64,000 bases of DNA from Candidatus Saccharimonadota bacterium (GTDB lineage Bacteria; Patescibacteriota; Saccharimonadia; Saccharimonadales; Saccharimonadaceae), in assembly GCA_017513185.1 (NCBI GenBank), contig JAFXGL010000008.1, positions 97,323-161,322 on the forward strand, read 5' to 3'. How positions within the stretch are numbered: the stretch's first letter is position 1; each line of letters opens with the position of its first letter. Made by a program: the position numbers and the translations under genes. The notes under the pieces are model-generated. The model worked only from the letters and a program-made list of their open reading frames with translations. It was not told the origin of the DNA and ran no database searches. Shown piece after piece: positions 1 to 7,406 of this stretch.

Positions 1-1
1 G

Positions 2-775
2 GGCAAGCTCAACTACAGCTTTTCCGACCTCATCACTATAGACCAAACCAAGCTCCAGCAGGCCATGATGGGGCAGGGAAATATGGACGACGCCTTCTCG
101 CTCAACTTCACCGAAGACGAGCTCACCCGGGTAATTTCTGCCATCTCGTCTAATACCGAGCGCGACCAAAAGTCTAACCTGCAGACTCTCGGCTATCAAG
201 ACCCCGACGAACCCTCTTCGCTCTGGTTTTATTTTGCCAGCTTTGAGGGTAAAGAAAACTTCAAAAACTTCATCAAAAAATACAACGAAGAGCATGACAA
301 AGACCAAGAAATCACCTATTCCGACATGACCGGCCTCCTCATGGACTCCATCCGCACCATCGTCGACGCCGTCTCTTACGTCCTCATCGCCTTCGTCTCC
401 ATCTCGCTCGTCGTCAGTTCCTTCATGATTGGCATCATTACTTACATTTCCGTCTACGAACGTAAAAAAGAAATCGGCATCCTCCGCGCCATTGGCGCCA
501 GCAAACACAATATCTCCAGCATCTTCAATGCCGAGACCTTCATTGTCGGCTTGCTGGCCGGGCTCTTTGGCATCGGCATCAGCTACGTTTTCATCCCCAT
601 CATCAACGCTATTCTCGACGGCCTCATTGGAGACGTCAGCATCCGCGCCGCGCTCAATCCCGAAGCCGCACTCATTCTTGTAGGCCTTAGCGTCATTTTG
701 ACTTTGCTCGGCGGTCTCATCCCTGCTAAATCCGCGGCCAAGCACGACCCAGTAGAAGCTCTGCGGTCCGAATAA
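2..775 (+). CDS. ABC transporter permease, FtsX/MacB family (C-terminal part; ORF open to window edge)
   Basis: Frame is open from nt 2 with no stop. It has the FtsX-type motif YERKKEIGILRAIGASK followed by hydrophobic helices. Stop is TAA at 773-775. Confidence 0.8.
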   Translation, partial: GKLNYSFSDLITIDQTKLQQAMMGQGNMDDAFSLNFTEDELTRVISAISSNTERDQKSNLQTLGYQDPDEPSSLWFYFASFEGKENFKNFIKKYNEEHDKDQEITYSDMTGLLMDSIRTIVDAVSYVLIAFVSISLVVSSFMIGIITYISVYERKKEIGILRAIGASKHNISSIFNAETFIVGLLAGLFGIGISYVFIPIINAILDGLIGDVSIRAALNPEAALILVGLSVILTLLGGLIPAKSAAKHDPVEALRSE

Positions 776-790
776 TTCTAGAAAAATCCA

Positions 791-819
791 TTGACTTTAT
801 CATTCCGCTTGCGTATAAT
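791..819 (+). promoter_or_regulatory. sigma70-type promoter TTGACT-17nt-TATAAT upstream of the 855 gene
   Basis: TTGACT at 791-796 and TATAAT at 814-819 with a 17-nt spacer. A GAGG Shine-Dalgarno follows at about 842-845. Confidence 0.6.
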
Positions 820-854
820 AGTAAGTAAGCAAAATAAAAAAGAGGTGTAAAATA

Positions 855-1652
855 ATGCTAAAGTCCACGCGACTTGTACTCATATTTGGTACGCTACTCG
901 GGCTTTCTGTCGCTTTCTTGCCGCAAGCTTCCCGCGCGACCACCTTTGTTCAGAGTATCGACCGCGTCTCCGCCACCATCGACGGTTACCTCGCTTTTGA
1001 CGCCATTGCCCACCAGGCTGGCACCCCCGCCTCCGGTTCTTCAGCTTACGCTTACGATAGCACAAACAATCGCTACACCGGCACCTTCGAAGTCGGCAGT
1101 CACACCGGCGCCACGGGCCTTGGCACCACCACCTACCGCGTCACCTGTAACTACCTCGCCGATAACGATTTTACTCCCAATACCTGCCAATACGGCTGGA
1201 AAGTCACTGCCGAGTCCACCTATTACAACGCTTCCACCGACGAGGCCGAGATGCGCGGTGGCAACCCAGCTAACGCCTACACCATCAAGTCCATCACGGC
1301 CAATGGCCTCACCGGCGCCAATTCCAACTGGCTCATGAAGGTCACCGGCGACAGCCGCACCTATATGAACGGCTCCAATGAACACCCCGCCGGCGCCCAA
1401 TATACCGACAGTGTCAACAGTATCGCCCGCGACTATCGCGATTTCGAGGCGATTCCATACTACAACTCTTCTAGCAAGGTCGTCGTCAACGGTAACACCT
1501 TCACTGCTGTTTCCGGAGCTACCACCACCTACACCTACAAAGGTTACCAAGAATTCGACGTCACCTACGGTTTCTCTGCCGGCCACGCCACCGCCGATAC
1601 TTACACCGGCATCATAACTTACACTCTAGCCATCAATGCCTCAGCCGTCTAA
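855..1652 (+). CDS. Secreted surface protein, WxL-domain-like (degenerate motifs)
   Basis: Signal peptide MLKSTRLVLIFGTLLGLSVAFLPQASRA. Internal SNWLMKV and C-terminal YTGIITYTLAINA resemble the two WxL motifs (GWxLxV and YxGxLTWTL) with W replaced by Y. The gene lies next to a DUF916-like gene. Confidence 0.5.
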   Translation: MLKSTRLVLIFGTLLGLSVAFLPQASRATTFVQSIDRVSATIDGYLAFDAIAHQAGTPASGSSAYAYDSTNNRYTGTFEVGSHTGATGLGTTTYRVTCNYLADNDFTPNTCQYGWKVTAESTYYNASTDEAEMRGGNPANAYTIKSITANGLTGANSNWLMKVTGDSRTYMNGSNEHPAGAQYTDSVNSIARDYRDFEAIPYYNSSSKVVVNGNTFTAVSGATTTYTYKGYQEFDVTYGFSAGHATADTYTGIITYTLAINASAV

Positions 1653-2523
1653 CCTCTCACCCCTCGCCGTTTCGCCTGGGCTTATTGAGGTTAGCTTGCT
1701 TACGCCAGGGCAGGTTTACGAGGGGGAGTTTACCGTCCTCAATCCCACTACAGAAGACGCCATTTCTCGCTACTCTATCACTGTTGGCCCGCTCACCTTT
1801 GACGACGAGTATTACAGCCCCGCCTTTGAAGATACCAGTGACTTCAACCAGATCGTCGACTGGATAGAAATAGAAAACCCTTCCGGTGAACTCGCCCCCC
1901 AAGAACGCTGTACCATCCGCTACAAAATCACCGTCCCCGAGGACGCTCCCGCCGGCGGTCAATACGCCAGCTTTCTCATCGCCTCCGAAGACCCCGCCGG
2001 CGCCCAGCAGCAAGAAGGCGTCGCCGTCGCTGCCAGGTCGCGCATCGCTATATTATTATATAGTACGGTTGATGGAGAGACCCGCGAAGAAGGCCACGTC
2101 ATAGAAAACAACGTCCCCAGCATCGTCTTTGATCAGCCCATCAAGACCAGCTCGCTCATCATCAACTCCGGCAACATCCACATCAAGGCCAAATACACTC
2201 TCCGCATCTACCCTATCTTTAGTGGCGAAGAAGTCTACACCAACGAAGAATCCCCTGTCATCAGCACCGTCATCCCCGACACCACCCTCTACAACGAAAA
2301 GACCTGGGAAGACACGCCGCTTCTTGGCCTCTACCGCGTCGTCCAAGAAATCGACTTTGGCGACCGCATCGACCGCAAGGAGACCGTTACGCTCGTCGCC
2401 CCGTTGTGGTTTATGATTCTCGCCTTCCTCTTCCTGGTATCTATTATTTACGGCATCATCGAGCGAATAGGGAAGCGCAAAGAGGCGAAGAAGGAGCGCC
2501 AAGAAAACTTAGCAAAACCATAA
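1636..2523 (+). CDS. CscA-like (DUF916/DUF3324-like) cell-surface protein with a C-terminal TM anchor; no signal peptide
   Basis: Paralog of the 3416 and 4382 products, sharing motifs such as DAPAGGQYASFLI and DGETREEG. C-terminal helix WFMILAFLFLVSIIYGII is followed by a KR tail. In-frame stops at 1615-1617 and 1627-1629 prevent any upstream extension. Confidence 0.55.
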   Translation: MPQPSNLSPLAVSPGLIEVSLLTPGQVYEGEFTVLNPTTEDAISRYSITVGPLTFDDEYYSPAFEDTSDFNQIVDWIEIENPSGELAPQERCTIRYKITVPEDAPAGGQYASFLIASEDPAGAQQQEGVAVAARSRIAILLYSTVDGETREEGHVIENNVPSIVFDQPIKTSSLIINSGNIHIKAKYTLRIYPIFSGEEVYTNEESPVISTVIPDTTLYNEKTWEDTPLLGLYRVVQEIDFGDRIDRKETVTLVAPLWFMILAFLFLVSIIYGIIERIGKRKEAKKERQENLAKP

Positions 2524-2530
2524 AAAGTTC

Positions 2531-2559
2531 TTGACATTATTAACCATGAGCGTATAATA
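2531..2559 (+). promoter_or_regulatory. sigma70-type promoter TTGACA-17nt-TATAAT
   Basis: TTGACA at 2531-2536 and TATAAT at 2554-2559, upstream of the 2614 gene. Confidence 0.65.
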
Positions 2560-2613
2560 GAAGGTACAAAAGGTCATAAATACAAAAACTAAAAACCAAA
2601 AAGGAAAACAAAA

Positions 2614-3321
2614 ATGGTTAAATCTAAAAACATTATTGCTGGACTTGGCGTTGTGGCAGGTCTCGGCATGGCGTTAATGCCACTTGGTGCCTTTGCTGCT
2701 CCTGACACCAACCATCCGGGTTGGCAAGAGACCGGCTCTTATGCCGTCCGCGCTCACGTTGGTGAAGTTATCGAAATCGCTGTTACTAATATTACAAACC
2801 CAATCTCTGGTCTTGCCAATCATTCCCGCGTTGACATCACTCCAGGCGGCACGGTAAATGCCACGACCGAGCATACCGTCCAAGTCAAAAGCAACGCTCG
2901 TGGTGGCTATCAACTTCTCCTGAAAGCTGACCATAGCGATCTTCAACTCATTACCGAATATAATGCTGATAAAAGCGCCAAGACTCTTGATCCTAGTATT
3001 AACATTCCAGGCCTAGAATCAGCAAGCGACCTCAGCGCCGACGTTAGCGGATGGGGCTATAAAATTAAAACTTCTGGCGGTCAGTACTCTGGCAACTTCT
3101 TACCGGTCCCTGATGAGTATGATAGTACTGAAGGTGCCACAATTGCTACCGGTTCCTACAAAACCGGCGGAGAAGGCTCTGCTTATCATACCGACGCTGC
3201 CGAATATACAGACACTTACGTAGTCGGCTACGGTATTAAAGCTGCAACCACTCAACCTTCCGGTAGTTATGAGGCTAAAGTAACCTACAAAGCTGTCGCT
3301 CACGTTCTCGGTGAAGACTAA
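2614..3321 (+). CDS. Secreted surface protein, WxL-domain-like
   Basis: Signal peptide ending LGAFAAP. It has a SGWGYKIK motif and a C-terminal YEAKVTYKAV motif. An AGGAA Shine-Dalgarno lies upstream and its own terminator downstream. Confidence 0.45.
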   Translation: MVKSKNIIAGLGVVAGLGMALMPLGAFAAPDTNHPGWQETGSYAVRAHVGEVIEIAVTNITNPISGLANHSRVDITPGGTVNATTEHTVQVKSNARGGYQLLLKADHSDLQLITEYNADKSAKTLDPSINIPGLESASDLSADVSGWGYKIKTSGGQYSGNFLPVPDEYDSTEGATIATGSYKTGGEGSAYHTDAAEYTDTYVVGYGIKAATTQPSGSYEAKVTYKAVAHVLGED

Positions 3322-3339
3322 TTCGTAGTCATGTTTCAA

Positions 3340-3369
3340 AACAACCGCCAAAAAGGCGGTTGTTTTTTA
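3340..3369 (+). terminator. Rho-independent terminator
   Basis: AACAACCGCC / GGCGGTTGTT 10-bp stem with an AAAAA loop, followed by TTTTTAT. Confidence 0.85.
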
Positions 3370-3415
3370 TCTTGATGTTGTATATAATAGATATACAAGA
3401 AATTCAGGAGGTAAA

Positions 3416-4372
3416 GTGAAAATTTTTAGTAAACTCAAACTTGCTACACTTACAGCCATTATCTTAGGCTTGAGCTTGTTCAGTCAAAGCGCTTTCGCGG
3501 ATGACACGGTTAAGACGGGCATCCAGCTCGCTCCAGCCTCCCAACGTATGACCTTAGACCCTGGCGCCCACTATAAAGGCACAATTACTCTTACCAACAC
3601 TGGCACTACCAACATTAGCTACCTCGTCTCGGTCTCACCGTATCAAGTTAACGATGATTATTCTTACAACTTTGAAAAGGAGACTAAATATACACAAATT
3701 TCTCGTTGGATTACTCTAGAAGAAACCACTGGGTCAATCAATGCTGGGCAAGTACAAATTCTCAATTATACCGTAGATGTTCCACTTGATGCCCCTGGTG
3801 GTAGCCAATACGCCGCCATCTTCGTTACCACTACTGACGTAACCGGCGCCATCGAAACCGTCCGCGCCGACGCCAGCCCAGGCATTATTATTCTTGCGCG
3901 CATTAACGGTGAAACCCGAGAGGAAGGCAAAATCCTTAGTACTAATATTCCCATGTTCCTACTTAACCCGCCGGCTACTGCTACCGTCAGAGTCAAAAAC
4001 ACGGGCAATGTTGACGAAGATGTCCGCACCACTATCGAAGTTAGAAACTCTCTTACTGGTAGTGTACTCTATGATAATTCCGCTGACCCCGAAGTTAATA
4101 CTCTTCTCCCCGACACCGAACGTACCATGACATTCGTCGTTAACGATATTCCGCGCCTTGGCGTTCTCTCCTTCTCCATTACCAACGAATACATAGATGA
4201 CGCCCAAATCAAGACCGCTACCGTCATCGTCTGCCCACTTTGGTTTATCGCCATCATCGTCCTCATCATCCTCACTATCGTTTTCCGTATTCTCGCCAAA
4301 AAGCGTGACGACCGTCGCACTCGCGCCAACTCACGCAACTCTACCGGGAGCGCTGACAAATTTAACATCTAA
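3416..4372 (+). CDS. CscA-like (DUF916/DUF3324-like) cell-surface protein, signal peptide plus C-terminal TM anchor
   Basis: GTG start 7 nt after AGGAGG. Signal peptide ends SAFADD. It has DAPGGSQYAAIFV and NGETREEG motifs and the C-terminal helix WFIAIIVLIILTIVFRIL followed by a basic tail. Confidence 0.6.
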   Translation: MKIFSKLKLATLTAIILGLSLFSQSAFADDTVKTGIQLAPASQRMTLDPGAHYKGTITLTNTGTTNISYLVSVSPYQVNDDYSYNFEKETKYTQISRWITLEETTGSINAGQVQILNYTVDVPLDAPGGSQYAAIFVTTTDVTGAIETVRADASPGIIILARINGETREEGKILSTNIPMFLLNPPATATVRVKNTGNVDEDVRTTIEVRNSLTGSVLYDNSADPEVNTLLPDTERTMTFVVNDIPRLGVLSFSITNEYIDDAQIKTATVIVCPLWFIAIIVLIILTIVFRILAKKRDDRRTRANSRNSTGSADKFNI

Positions 4373-4381
4373 GGAGCAAAG

Positions 4382-5329
4382 ATGAAGAAAAAACTACTTT
4401 TCGCCGTTGTCGTCTGTCTGACCCTGGTGGGGGCAATGCTCACTGGCACCAAAAACACTTACGCCGAAGCTGCCGCCGTCAAAATCTCCCCGGTGGCTAA
4501 CGCCATCAATATCAAGGCCGGCCAAAGCCAAAACTACCAGTTTACCCTGGAAAACATGAGCCAAAAGGACTACAAGTTTAAGCTCTACACGGCCCCATAC
4601 AACGTCGTCAACGAAGATTACGACGCCGACTTTACCAACGAAACCAACTACAACCAAATCACCCGCTGGATTACCTTCGAGGACGACTCTGGCTCCTTCA
4701 TCAAAGACCCCGTGTACAAGATTAAGGCGGGAGAAAAGCGCTCCATCATCTACCGCGTTTCTGTCCCATCCGACATCCCAGAGGGCGGCCAATACTGCGT
4801 GATTTTCGCCGAGTCTGTCGATGACGAAAGCTTCTCTGGCTCTGGCACCAGCGCCGGCATCGGCTCGGTCTCTCGCGTCTCCCTCATCTTGCTCGGCCAC
4901 GGCGACGGGGAAACCCGCGACACCGCAGAAATCACCGACTTCTCCCTCACCGGCATGTTCACCGCCAAAAACATCGACGCCATGGCCAAGGTCAAAAACT
5001 CCGGCAACACCGACTTTCTCGCCGTCTACGAGCTCTCCGTCAAGAGCCTCTTTGGCACCCCCATCTATAGCAATAGCGACAACTTCATCGTCCTTCCCGG
5101 CACCCAGCGCAAGTTCTCCACTTCCTGGGCAGAGGCACCGCTCTTTGGTATCTTTAACGTCTCCTTCACGGTCAACGCCATCGATCAGTCCCGCACCGAA
5201 TCCCACATCATCCTCATTTTGCCGGCTTTTGTGGTAGTTATTGCGCTTTTGCTATTGACAAGCATCATTGTGTGGACTATAATCCTAATTAGGAAACGTA
5301 AAGAACGTTCGTCTAGGCTCGTTGTGTAG
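4382..5329 (+). CDS. CscA-like (DUF916/DUF3324-like) cell-surface protein, signal peptide plus C-terminal TM anchor
   Basis: AAGGAG Shine-Dalgarno upstream. Signal peptide ends TYAEA. It has IPEGGQYCVIFA and GDGETRD motifs and a C-terminal TM helix followed by RKRKERSSR. Confidence 0.6.
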   Translation: MKKKLLFAVVVCLTLVGAMLTGTKNTYAEAAAVKISPVANAINIKAGQSQNYQFTLENMSQKDYKFKLYTAPYNVVNEDYDADFTNETNYNQITRWITFEDDSGSFIKDPVYKIKAGEKRSIIYRVSVPSDIPEGGQYCVIFAESVDDESFSGSGTSAGIGSVSRVSLILLGHGDGETRDTAEITDFSLTGMFTAKNIDAMAKVKNSGNTDFLAVYELSVKSLFGTPIYSNSDNFIVLPGTQRKFSTSWAEAPLFGIFNVSFTVNAIDQSRTESHIILILPAFVVVIALLLLTSIIVWTIILIRKRKERSSRLVV

Positions 5330-5392
5330 AGTAGCCGCGAACGAACTGCGAGTCCAAACAAAAACTAAAAATAAAAAAGCGAGTGTAGAGTT

Positions 5393-6487
5393 ATGCAAAA
5401 AAGCAAGAAAAAGCTTCTTGGGCTTCTCGGTCTAGCTGTTGTATTAGCTATGACCGTGTTTGCCTACTTTCTGCCTGCGAACGGCGCCTATGCTGAAGGT
5501 CCGTCCGATTCGCACACAGATGTCATTCGGGTCACGGTCTATGACCAATACCCATCTATCAAAATTGATAGTCCCGCCACGGACTATATCAGCACGTCAC
5601 CAGAGCTGGAGATAGCGTTTACTTACGAAAACTCCACCTATGTTGACTTCGTTTTAAGCTACGAGCAACTGGACGCCGATGGCAACCCCGTTCTCGACGG
5701 CGAGGGTAACCCTGTCATCGTTGAAGTGCCGCTTCCGCGGTTTAACCCCGATCCGTCCCGCCTCGACCCCACCTTTAACTACGATTCGGACTCTAACACA
5801 ATCACGGTTAACCTCTTCAACCCCAACCCAGAAACTGGCGCTGAAGCTCTAGGTTACGGCCACTACATTTTGACGGCCACTTCGGCCAGCCCCATTGGCC
5901 CGTCCCTCGGCGACTCCATTGAATTTGACTATGTCCCTGTACAACTCGTCCAAACCGGCAGCGCTGCCAACACCAACAACCCCATCGTCGACGTTATCTA
6001 TGACGACGGCGTGGCCATGGTAGAACTAATGCCCGTCGACAAAAACGGCAATCCGCTCTTTGACGAGCCTATCGTCGTGGAAATTGAGCCTGACGAAAAC
6101 GGCGACTACAAGGCTGGCTCTCAGACCCTCACCCTGCCGTTCACCGAAGGCGGCTTCGCCACTGGTGACTACAACATCCTCGTCACCGCCTACTCGGCCG
6201 ATGTCACTCCAGGAGAAATCGACCCGGAGACTGGCGAACAAGGTGAAGACATCATCGACTATATAGTGATTAGCTCCCCGCGCACCCTGTACCCGGTCAG
6301 CTACGTCCAACCGCCTGCCCCGGATGTGCCGGATACCGGCCGTCTCACTAACGGCGGTCTCAACATCGCCAAGTCCGACTATGTCATCACTGCCGTCATC
6401 GCCTTTGTCGGAATTGCCTTTGCCGCCTTCCTCATCCTTGGCCGCAAAAAGAAAGATTACCGCCGGAACGTTCGTTCCCGCAAATAG
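5393..6487 (+). CDS. Surface protein with a sortase-type C-terminal sorting signal (VPDTG, TM helix, basic tail)
   Basis: N-terminal signal peptide. The C-terminus reads PAPDVPDTGRLTNGG...VITAVIAFVGIAFAAFLILGRKKKDYRRNVRSRK. It is the last gene of the Csc-like cluster, the position occupied by CscD. Confidence 0.6.
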   Translation: MQKSKKKLLGLLGLAVVLAMTVFAYFLPANGAYAEGPSDSHTDVIRVTVYDQYPSIKIDSPATDYISTSPELEIAFTYENSTYVDFVLSYEQLDADGNPVLDGEGNPVIVEVPLPRFNPDPSRLDPTFNYDSDSNTITVNLFNPNPETGAEALGYGHYILTATSASPIGPSLGDSIEFDYVPVQLVQTGSAANTNNPIVDVIYDDGVAMVELMPVDKNGNPLFDEPIVVEIEPDENGDYKAGSQTLTLPFTEGGFATGDYNILVTAYSADVTPGEIDPETGEQGEDIIDYIVISSPRTLYPVSYVQPPAPDVPDTGRLTNGGLNIAKSDYVITAVIAFVGIAFAAFLILGRKKKDYRRNVRSRK

Positions 6488-6513
6488 CAAATAAGCAATA
6501 ACTCTACCCGCTA

Positions 6514-6562
6514 GAGGAAAGGATACTCGAAAAACTGCGAGGGTATCCTTTCCTCGATTTTT
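6514..6562 (+). terminator. Rho-independent terminator
   Basis: 13-bp perfect stem GAGGAAAGGATAC / GTATCCTTTCCTC followed by GATTTTT. Confidence 0.8.
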
Positions 6563-6585
6563 ATGTTTTATTTTTTCTGAAGTTG

Positions 6586-6594
6586 TGCTATAAT
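6586..6594 (+). promoter_or_regulatory. Extended -10 promoter (TGCTATAAT) for the tRNA pair
   Basis: TGCTATAAT lies 31 nt upstream of the mature tRNA-Lys 5' end. Confidence 0.5.
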
Positions 6595-6625
6595 AGTCAA
6601 AGCCCTATGTGGGCTGCCCTACGAT

Positions 6626-6702
6626 GGGCCGGTAGCTCAGTTGGTTAGAGCACGGGCCTTTTAAGCCCGGTGTCGAGAGTTCGAGCCTCTCCCGGCTCAC
6701 CA
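6626..6702 (+). tRNA. tRNA-Lys (anticodon UUU), CCA encoded
   Basis: Cloverleaf read by hand: acceptor GGGCCGG/CCGGCTC, D arm GCTC..GAGC, anticodon stem CGGGC/GCCCG with loop CTTTTAA, T arm GAGAG TTCGAGC CTCTC, then ACCA. Confidence 0.9.
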
Positions 6703-6718
6703 TCATTTACAATCAGGC

Positions 6719-6795
6719 GGAGCCTTAGCTCAGTTGGCTAGAGCGTTTCTTTGACGTAGAAAAGGTCAGAGGTTCAAATCCTCTAGGCTCCACCA
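6719..6795 (+). tRNA. tRNA-Val (anticodon GAC), CCA encoded
   Basis: Acceptor GGAGCCT/AGGCTCC, anticodon stem TTTCT/AGAAA with loop TTGACGT, T arm AGAGG TTCAAAT CCTCT, then ACCA. Confidence 0.9.
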
Positions 6796-6803
6796 CCGCA
6801 CAG

Positions 6804-6830
6804 ATTACGCTAATTATGGCGTAATTTTTA
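6804..6830. terminator. Hairpin plus T-tract after tRNA-Val, possibly bidirectional
   Basis: ATTACGC / GCGTAAT stem followed by TTTTTATT. It abuts the stop of the minus-strand gene ending at 6828. Confidence 0.6.
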
Positions 6831-7406
6831 TTGTTTTTCTATAGTTATCTTCGCAGCCGTCAGGTCACCACCAGTATATATCGACACTTTATACTCTGCG
6901 CCCGACTCCGACCGCATTATAAACTCTAGGGTATCTATAACGTTATTCACTTCCTCGCTCGCATCCACTCCGCTCACACTGCTAGCAGGGCTATCGGCGC
7001 CTACGTCCGGCCCCTCATCGCCACCGCGCTCCGGCGCCAAAGGCACCTCAATGGCATCCCAGGCCGTATCTGTCGCAGTAGTTGTAAAGTTCAGGCTTCC
7101 TTCTACAAAGGCGAAATAGCTCGAATCCGGCTCTAGCTTGGGCAGCTTAGTAGTTAGCTCGCGATAGGCCAGGGTGTACTGCTCATTAGTCAGCCCACCA
7201 TCCGTCACTAACGCCTGAATGTCGGCGATTTTTGACCCCGATGCGGCATAGTCTAGCAGCTGATCGGATTCATCCACGACTTCTTGCCCTGGGCCCTTAT
7301 CAATCAGTGCAGACAATCCAACACCCAGCAAAAGCAAAAATGCAACAAGTATAGCAAGTATAATAAATATCTTTTTCTTGGTTATGATTGGCTGCATATT
7401 GTCCAT
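6828..7406 (-). CDS. Bitopic membrane protein (N-terminal TM), paralog of the 60198-60821 product
   Basis: TM helix IFIILAILVAFLLLLGVGLSALI. It shares GLTNEQYTLAYRELTTKL with GLTSEQYSKVCAAIESAL in the paralog. Its start overlaps the upstream stop by 1 nt (TAATG on the minus strand). Confidence 0.6.
   Translation of the reverse strand: MDNMQPIITKKKIFIILAILVAFLLLLGVGLSALIDKGPGQEVVDESDQLLDYAASGSKIADIQALVTDGGLTNEQYTLAYRELTTKLPKLEPDSSYFAFVEGSLNFTTTATDTAWDAIEVPLAPERGGDEGPDVGADSPASSVSGVDASEEVNNVIDTLEFIMRSESGAEYKVSIYTGGDLTAAKITIEKQ

Noticed and set aside
4394-5206. 270-aa minus-strand ORF opposite the CscA-like gene. Similar antisense ORFs occur at 10764-11552, 33645-34520, 49989-50744, 53033-53561 and 62951-63724.
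   Set aside because: All lie fully inside well-supported genes (typA, uvrB, nrdD and others). They have Gly/Val/Asp/Ala-biased composition typical of antisense frames and lack promoters or Shine-Dalgarno sites.
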